Part shown: positions 56,941-64,000 of the stretch, piece by piece
How the letters are laid out: each line of letters starts with the position of its first letter
Numbering within the stretch: position 1 is the first letter of the stretch
Origin: Chrysomallon squamiferum
Lineage: Eukaryota; Animalia; Mollusca
Reading direction: 5' to 3'
DNA length: 64,000 nucleotides
Assembly: GCA_012295275.1 (NCBI GenBank)
Contig: CM022668.1
Location: 15,314,001-15,378,000, forward strand
Notes under the pieces: generated by a model
Told to the model about the DNA's origin: nothing
The model's input: the letters and a program-made list of their open reading frames with translations, nothing else
Databases searched by the model: none
Position numbers and translations under genes: made by a program

Positions 56941-56981
<41 letters not shown>

Positions 56982-57020
56982 TCTGGGCATCATTTTATTC
57001 TCATTTTAAAATAAGAAGTG

Positions 57021-57071
57021 AACGGAAACGGAAATTGCTATATTTATGTATGTTCAAATAAATATGGCGGC
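57021..57071 (+). promoter_or_regulatory. TAF5 proximal promoter motifs: tandem ETS cores and a YY1-like site overlapping the start codon
   Basis: CGGAA at 57023 and 57029; AATATGGCGGC at 57061-57071 contains the ATG. Confidence 0.5.
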
Positions 57072-57159
57072 TCCCATCGAAGTTGATCCAAAAGTCGACA
57101 AATCTGAAAAGCAGACACTACTTGCAGTGTTACAATTTCTCAGAAAACATAATTTAAAG
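57064..57159 (+). CDS. TAF5: TAF5 exon 1
   Basis: MAAPIEVDPKVDKSEKQTLLAVLQFLRKHNLK, AAG|gtactc. Confidence 0.9.
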
Positions 57160-58163
57160 GTACTCGTTATTTACCTGTTTCTTAGAATTTACGATACTCT
57201 GTATGTCTTTCTGTTAGTAACTCGATAAGAATTTTGTTCAGACGAACATCGAACTTCAAAACTGAAATTAAAATGAGTTGATACTTCATTACTTGATAAG
57301 TTGATTGTTTTAAAATTTAATTTGGTCTCTAAATAACTTTTATTAAAATATTCCTTTCAGTGCAAATAATGATAAATTCAATTTCCACAAATAGTTCTAG
57401 TGACACAACTAATATTATAAATTATTGAAACTAAAATATTGTTTTTGGTGTTATTAATCTATATTATAATATTAATATTTACATTTTATTTCTTAATATT
57501 AGTTTATAAACTTTGACACTTTGACAGTGACAGATGATTAACAATATCAATGCAATTTTGATAAAACTGTTGATGTCATTGTTCATAACTTCATTCCATA
57601 TTAATATTTGAAAATATCTACATCCAGATTTTTGCCTTAATTTATATTTTATTGAAAAAGTTGATAATGTATAAATAATGCATCAGCGTTAGATTTCACA
57701 ATTTAAGTAAATAACGATTCTAATATAATAGCATTTTTATTTGATCTTAATTAATTGTTTTCTTTTCAGTATTAATATTATACTTTAAATATTATTTGTT
57801 ACAGAGTACTGAAGCATTATTAAAACAAGAAGCTAAAATCAGTGAAGAAGAAGTTCACTCAGAAGCAACAGCACCAACTGAATCAGAGGTGTCCCATGCC
57901 CTTGCTGCTTATAAAAGGTGTGTGTGTGTGTGTGTGTGTGAATGATTTCCTTGGCACCATTTTTACCTGTTATTTTCTTATAAAACTCTATGCATGGTTT
58001 CAGAAGTAATACATTATATCATAATATGGCAACAAAATAACATGATCCCCAAAAAAGACAATATGACTATTTCTTATTTCTTAATAATGAAATGTTTATG
58101 TTCAAAAGTACTCCTTTAGAAAACTCCTTTACAGACTGAGGACACTGTTTTGCAGTACTTAAT

Positions 58164-58240
<77 letters not shown>

Positions 58241-59528
58241 TTCAGTTCTTAGTTGTTAACATTAATAAGATGCTAAGAAATAAATATAACATATTAATTC
58301 AGTTACTACTAGTGTGTGAGTGTGTATATAAATAGTGATTTATTTTATCTTTTTCTTCTTATTTATATATTTTTATAGTGACGATGATCCATCTCTGTAT
58401 GAAGATTTCTACACTGACATAAAAGGTTTTATAGATACCTGTCTTGACGTTCACAAAGTGAGTTGGAAACTTAAATTTTACATATTATGTTTTTAATCAA
58501 TTATCAGCAGAAAGAGAGAGAGTTCTTAAATTGTTTTTTTGAAAACTTGAATTTAATACAGTGCATTACTTTCATCATTCTTAATGAAATAAGCCCATGT
58601 TTTAATCCAGCGATATACTAAAGAAAGTAATGAAAGCTGTTGTATTTATAATAAATTCTGAGAAAAAGTAAATAAATAGCTGTATAAAAGACTTGAAATT
58701 TTTTTAAACATAATTCCAACCTGTATTTATTACCACTTTTGTGTTCTTATATGATAAGTATGGGGAGAAAAAGAGAGAGAGACAGATGAAGATAAATTTA
58801 TGAAATAAATTAGATTATAACTATATATGTACATGATGTTACTGTTTATTGAACCTGTTGGTATATATCTTTATGTTTTAGGTGGAACTGGCAACTATTC
58901 TGTACCCTGTTTTTGTGCACATGTATCTAGAGTTGGTATACAATGGACATGAAAAACACTGTAAGTATATATTCAACAATATCTTATTTTTATGATTTAC
59001 ATTTTCAGTGTTGAGAATAAATTATGTGTTTACATGTGTGTGTGTGTGTAAATGTTATTTGTATGCATCATGATGGATTCGTTGTTTTGTAAATATTTAT
59101 TTTAAATATATTTTTTTCCTACTTTCTACAGCGAAGAGGTTTTTCGAAATGTTTTCCAAAGATCAAGAAGAATATTATCAAGATGACCTTGTTAAACTGG
59201 CCACCGTATCGAAAAAAGAACACATGAAAGGAAATGAACTTATGGAAAATTTCAAGTTAGTTTTGTTTAATTGTTTTTTCTGTATTTAATTATATTTTTA
59301 AAATTATTTATATTTTTAGTATTAGTTTATTTTATTTTTATTTTTTAGTAGGTTTTTTTTTTTTAAATTTATTTTTACATATTTCTAAAGACAATGTTTT
59401 TAAATTTATTAAGAGAGATTAAATTTTATATTTGATTATTTCCAGCTTCTAGGTACACCTATGTTTTAATGGATCGTTGTTGTTGTTTTTTTCAAGTTAT
59501 ATTAAACTGTATTTTGCTTTCTTGATTT

Positions 59529-59571
<43 letters not shown>

Positions 59572-62500
59572 CTTTAATTACCTTATAGATGCAACAGATA
59601 AAAAACAGTTCACATCTATTTTTAAAAGAAATATTTCCTAAATCATACTGAATTCATTTTTACCTTTTTATTTCAGATCCAGTAAATTTGTCATTCGGAT
59701 GTCACGTGACTCCTACACACACTTGAAGCGCCATCTCCAGGAGAAAAGACTAAATTTGTTGTTGAACATTATACAAGAGCACCTTTTTATAGACGGTATT
59801 AGCCCGTTCAAAACACACTTTTATACACACTATTATTATATTTAAAACACATTTTACACACAGTATTATCATATTTAAAACACATTTGTATATACAGTAT
59901 TATAGTTAAAATATATTTTTATACACAGTTGTATCATTTTTAAAACATTTGTATATACAGTATTACAGTTAAAATATATTTTTGTACACAGTTTTATCAT
60001 TTTTAAAACATTTGTATATACAGTATTAAAGTTAAAATATATTTTTATACACAGTTTTATCATATTTAAAACATTTGTATATACAGCACATTTAATAAAA
60101 TATTTGTTTGTCTGGTATTACATTAGTAACAGTCTAGCTTAATAATAACATAAATCTTTAAATCTGTTTTCTTTTGGCAAAATTGAAAGGAGAACTTGGT
60201 TAATTCTTTCTATAAAAGTTAGACAATGCAAAGGCTGATGAAAATCGTGTGAATATAAAAATATTATTTTCACAATTTTCACAGTAGAATGTTGTGAACT
60301 TAGTCCAGTTATTTTATAACTTAACAAGGAAAATAAAGTTACAGTAGTTTGTATATATGTATGTACGAATATGTTAAATCATAAAATATTTATATACACA
60401 AACACACTGAAGGAAAATAATTTCTAAAAAGAAAAAAGTATCTTGTTTAATAATAAAATATTTTTTATCAGACAAGCAGAAATATCTGTGCATGTTAAAA
60501 ATTGCAATATGGGATATATGTCCACTATGTTTAAATTTTTAATATAATTATGTGTTAATATGGTTAAAAGTAAAGTCTAAAATAGATAATAAATTTTAAA
60601 TAAATTATTCTGTATTGCAAAGCACGTACTTTAAAAAAAAAATAAACCTAGAATATAATCTGGATGTCTAATTATTGTATTTCTCTTGTTTACATTTGTT
60701 ACATTTCTGATCAGTTGTTTTAATGTTGTTTTGATTCAGTTTTCGATGGAGTTCCAAGGAACAAACAGCAAATCCAAGCCACATCTGGTGGCCAGCTGGG
60801 AGAATCTATACGAGATGGTAAACTTATTTTCTATCTTCTCACATTAATACTTAAAATTTCCTGTTTTCTCACTTAACAGAAAAGACAGTACAACAGTGCT
60901 GCTACAAGATGTGCTTCTTATTCAAATTTTGTTTGTTATTATTTAAAAGTGGTCAAGTATCCCTGGAATTTAATCTCAGTTAAAAGATGGAGTTAGGGTT
61001 AAAGGTTAGGTATAAAGTTAACGGTTAGGGATAAATTTAAAAGTTGAAGTTAGGGTTAACGGTTAAAGGTTGGGGATAAGGTTAAGTTTAAAAATATTAA
61101 AGTTTAAATAGATAATTTATAATTGTTTTGGTCAACGAGTGAATACAGATTATTTACCTCTTTTCGTTTAGTTAATGTTTGACTTTGCATGAGAGAGCTC
61201 ATATTTGTAACATGATCCTATAACAGAAGTTTACAGTTCTGGTATATTTCTGACAGTGCTGTGTGTTCAATAAGTAATTTTGTTTTGTTATGAAATATGT
61301 GTTTTTAATCTCAGCCAACAGATCTAAAGTTTACTACGGTTTGCTGAAGGAGCCAGATTTAAACATTCCACTAGATGATGAGGAGGAGCAACCAGAAGGA
61401 GATGCTGACAAACCAAAGGTAGTTAGGATATTTGTTATTAGTGATAGTAGTATTAGTGCTGGTTTAAACATTTATTGTTAGTGCTAATATTAAGGTTAAT
61501 ATTGTATTAGTGTTAGTTTTGTGTTTGAGTTGGTGTAGTGTTGGTTAGTAGTGTTGTTATTCTTGCTGTGGTTACAATTATTTTATTTATCATTGTTGTT
61601 GTTATTGTTAGCAGTAGTAGTAGCGGTAGTGGTGATAGTTGTAATATAAATACTATTATTAGTAGTTATAGAAGTAGTTGTAGTAGTCGCAGCAGTAATA
61701 GTAGCAGTAGCACATTCTATTAAGATCTCTTGAGATATCTTTGAACAAATATTAATTATAATACAAGAAAAACCTAATTGAAATATCTGTTCAGTACAGG
61801 AAATGTTTTAAATATTCGACAGTTTGCTCCCTTATTCCTATGTTGTTGTTGTTTTCTCTCCCTAAGGAATATATTTTTGCTTTTGTGTTCTAAATTATTG
61901 TTGATATATTTTGTGTGCTTCAGAAAAAGAAAGCTAAGAAGGACCCTTTGTTAATGAGAAAGTCAAAAAATGACCCAAATGCTCCATCAAATACAAGAAT
62001 TCCACTTCCAGAATTGTAAGTATAATTAGTTTATTTTATTTGCTAATATAACTGTAAAAGTGTAAAAGGTTATAGATTTTTAACATTATTAATTATTAAC
62101 CATAGAAAAAAATTTATACACAGTTTTTATATATCTTCAGCATGCATGTCCTTACAATAACCATATACAGTTTTAATTTAATTATATTTATAATACATAT
62201 CTGTATTCTACAATAATTTTTATGTATAAAAATTTTATACTAAAATTTTGTTCAAAGAAATATGTTTATTCTCTAAACACTAGTGCAAAAAGACCAGATA
62301 TTAATTTAAAAATATATAAAAATTTTGTATCTGTATATTAATTATTAGTAAGGTTTTAATTGTTTTTCTTTCACAGAAAGGACTGTGACAAAATAGAAAA
62401 GATAAATGCTTACAGAGAGGCTATAAAAAGAGCCAAAGTGGACAGAAATCATCCTCCCTCCATTTGTTTCTACACTTTTCTAAATTCCAGTCAAGGGTAA

Positions 62501-62837
62501 AAATATACCTTTTTTTAAAAGAGTACCTTATGTGTTACAAACACAAGTCTGTGTATTTCTTTTAAACGTTGACGTACTTTTGAAAAGAAACCTCACTTTT
62601 AAAAAAACTCTGATATTTAATGTTGACTTTAGTGTTTGCGTATCTGTATTTTTATTATTATTATTATTTTTTTTTTAAACTGTATTGGTAAATGTATACA
62701 TTTTGAATTTTTTGTTCTTTTATTTTATTTTGTTTATTTATTTATTTATTTATGCATTTATTTATTTATTTATTTATTCATTCTTTTTTATTCATTCTTT
62801 CCTTCTTTTTTTCTTTCTTTACTTACTTACTTATTTA

Positions 62838-62873
<36 letters not shown>

Positions 62874-63686
62874 TTTTCTTATTTATTTATTTATTTATTT
62901 ATTTACTTACTTACTTATTTACTTACTTTTATATTACACAGAGTGACATCAATAGACATTTCTGAAGACTCCAAGTTGATCTGTGCTGGTTTTGCAGACT
63001 CAAAAATCCGAGTTTTCACAATGACCCCAAACAAACTGAGAAGCATGAAACCTCCTGATGAATTAGAAATAATCGACAGAGAAGCTGGTTAGTGTAAATT
63101 CTTAATAAAATCACCATAGCAACAGATTCTTAAAAAGCTCTAGTAAAGATTAATATATTTTTGTTGGTGTTAATAAAATTTACTGTGATGAAGCTTAGAG
63201 ATTGCCTAATAATGTAATTTTTTAATTTAATTTATATATCTATATCTATATCTATATGACACATGGCAATTTACACTCTAGAAATAGACTGTAGATTATG
63301 CAGCATGTTTTTCGCTGTTATGTCATTTATCATTAATGTTTGTTTGAGGATGGTGTATTTGAATGACAAGTGAATGATGTTTGATTCTAGATGATATTTA
63401 AGAGAGAAAGATGGATGATGATTCAGGGTCATATTTAATGATGACGTCCTGGAGAAAATGACAAATTCATATTCATGCATACATTTTTTTCTACATGGTT
63501 TCTGTAAATGAATGATGATTCAGACGCAACCTTTATGTTTGTTTCTAGATGATGTCCTGGAGAGGATGATGGACGATGATTCTGCGACAGACTTCAAACT
63601 GTTACTTGGTCACAGTGGTCCTGTTTATGCTACAAGTTTCAGTCACGACAAAGCATATTTGATATCGTCATCTGAAGACGGGACAA
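57064..63686 (+). CDS. TAF5: Transcription initiation factor TFIID subunit 5, 5' part (12 coding exons, 3'-partial): LisH-like N-terminus, NTD2 domain, start of WD40 repeats
   Basis: Spliced frame stays open across 12 GT-AG exons and gives TAF5 hallmark segments LLAVLQFLRKHNLK, YPVFVHMYLELVYNGH, SKFVIRMSRDSY, IQEHLFIDVFDGVPR, YGLLKEPD, DPNAPSNTRIPLPEL, PSICFYTFLNS, GFADSKIRV, GHSGPVYATSFSHDKAYLISSSEDGT. Confidence 0.97.
57805..57917 (+). CDS. TAF5: TAF5 exon 2
   Basis: acag|STEALLKQEAKI...VSHALAAYK, AG|gtgtgt. Confidence 0.9.
58379..58457 (+). CDS. TAF5: TAF5 exon 3
   Basis: atag|(S)DDDPSLYEDFYTDIKGFIDTCLDVHK|gtgagt. Confidence 0.93.
58882..58960 (+). CDS. TAF5: TAF5 exon 4
   Basis: ttag|VELATILYPVFVHMYLELVYNGHEKH|gtaagt. 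Confidence 0.96.
59132..59255 (+). CDS. TAF5: TAF5 exon 5
   Basis: acag|KRFFEMFSKDQEEYYQDDLVKLATVSKKEHMKGNELMENF|gttagt. Confidence 0.96.
59677..59795 (+). CDS. TAF5: TAF5 exon 6
   Basis: tcag|SSKFVIRMSRDSYTHLKRHLQEKRLNLLLNIIQEHLFID|gtatta. Confidence 0.96.
59810..60086. repeat. AT-rich minisatellite (~62-bp period, ~31-bp subunits) in TAF5 intron 6
   Basis: tttaaaacatttgtatatacagtatta...aaaatatattttt(a/g)tacacagtt(t/g)tatcat repeated 3-4 times. Confidence 0.9.
60740..60817 (+). CDS. TAF5: TAF5 exon 7
   Basis: tcag|FDGVPRNKQQIQATSGGQLGESIRD|gtaaac. Confidence 0.95.
60990..61090 (+). repeat. Degenerate TTAGGG-like repeat tract in TAF5 intron 7
   Basis: gttagggtt/ggttagg/ggttaggg/gttagggttaacggtt units. 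Confidence 0.6.
61315..61418 (+). CDS. TAF5: TAF5 exon 8
   Basis: tcag|NRSKVYYGLLKEPDLNIPLDDEEEQPEGDADKPK|gtagtt. Confidence 0.95.
61924..62015 (+). CDS. TAF5: TAF5 exon 9
   Basis: tcag|KKKAKKDPLLMRKSKNDPNAPSNTRIPLPE|gtaagt. Confidence 0.96.
62377..62496 (+). CDS. TAF5: TAF5 exon 10
   Basis: acag|KDCDKIEKINAYREAIKRAKVDRNHPPSICFYTFLNSSQ|gtaaaa. Confidence 0.95.
62942..63087 (+). CDS. TAF5: TAF5 exon 11
   Basis: acag|VTSIDISEDSKLICAGFADSKIRVFTMTPNKLRSMKPPDELEIIDREA|gttagt (first WD40 repeat). Confidence 0.96.
63549..63686 (+). CDS. TAF5: TAF5 exon 12
   Basis: ctag|DVLERMMDDDSATDFKLLLGHSGPVYATSFSHDKAYLISSSEDGT|gtatgt. Confidence 0.96.
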
Positions 63687-64000
63687 GTATGTTTAATTTA
63701 TAAAGTTCATACACTTCATACTTCAAACACTTCTTTTATTATTTTAAAAATATATATAGTCTTCTTCTGATAAAGGGGTAATATTATTTTATTATTTTAT
63801 GAATCTTGGTAAATAGTTAGGATATATTTTTATGTGTGTGAAAGGTATGTTAATTTTTGAAAATCAGGTTTCTTTAACTAATTAGATTTTTTCAGATTAA
63901 AATATGTTTAAACCATTTCTATTTTTAAGTTCTATATTACTGTAATTCTCTGCTTTCATTTGTTTTTTGTTTTTTTTAATCTATATTATTATTATTTTTT

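Noticed and set aside
57046-57063. Upstream in-frame start (MYVQIN) for TAF5 given by the ORF track
   Set aside because: The ATG at 57064 has the better context (AATATGG) and gives a typical MAA- start; upstream codons probably lie at or before the TSS.
63410-63525. Multiple ATGATGA words in TAF5 intron 11 as snoRNA C boxes
   Set aside because: No downstream CTGA D box in the intron; better explained as decayed copies of exon 12 (GAT GAT codons).

Overview
AT-rich, microsatellite-saturated eukaryotic (metazoan, probably invertebrate) genomic DNA; almost every ORF in the supplied track is a simple-repeat artefact. Two spliced genes can be read directly. (1) On the - strand, the 25-aa ribosomal protein eL41 (RPL41, [25 protein letters not shown]), absent from the ORF track: a non-coding exon starting at a TCT/5'TOP motif (~56075), coding exons 55908-55897, 44944-44889 and 44526-44517, and an AATAAA at 44161-44156. 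Its ~11 kb second intron is filled with antisense-oriented DNA-transposon debris (FLYWCH/MULE-like and a second, unclassified transposase-like family), including a ~1.56 kb mosaic unit amplified about three times. (2) On the + strand, head-to-head about 1 kb away, the first 12 coding exons of TFIID subunit TAF5 (57064-63686, running off the window). A near-perfect 194-bp palindrome sits in the shared promoter interval. The first ~40 kb has no recognisable coding exon. It is made of CpG-retaining, motif-rich islands (YY1/Pho, CTCF-like, Pbx-Meis, X-box, CRE, TAATCC) separated by simple repeats, which suggests a cis-regulatory landscape; the two gene bodies look CpG-depleted by contrast. All homology calls come from recalled family motifs, not database searches.
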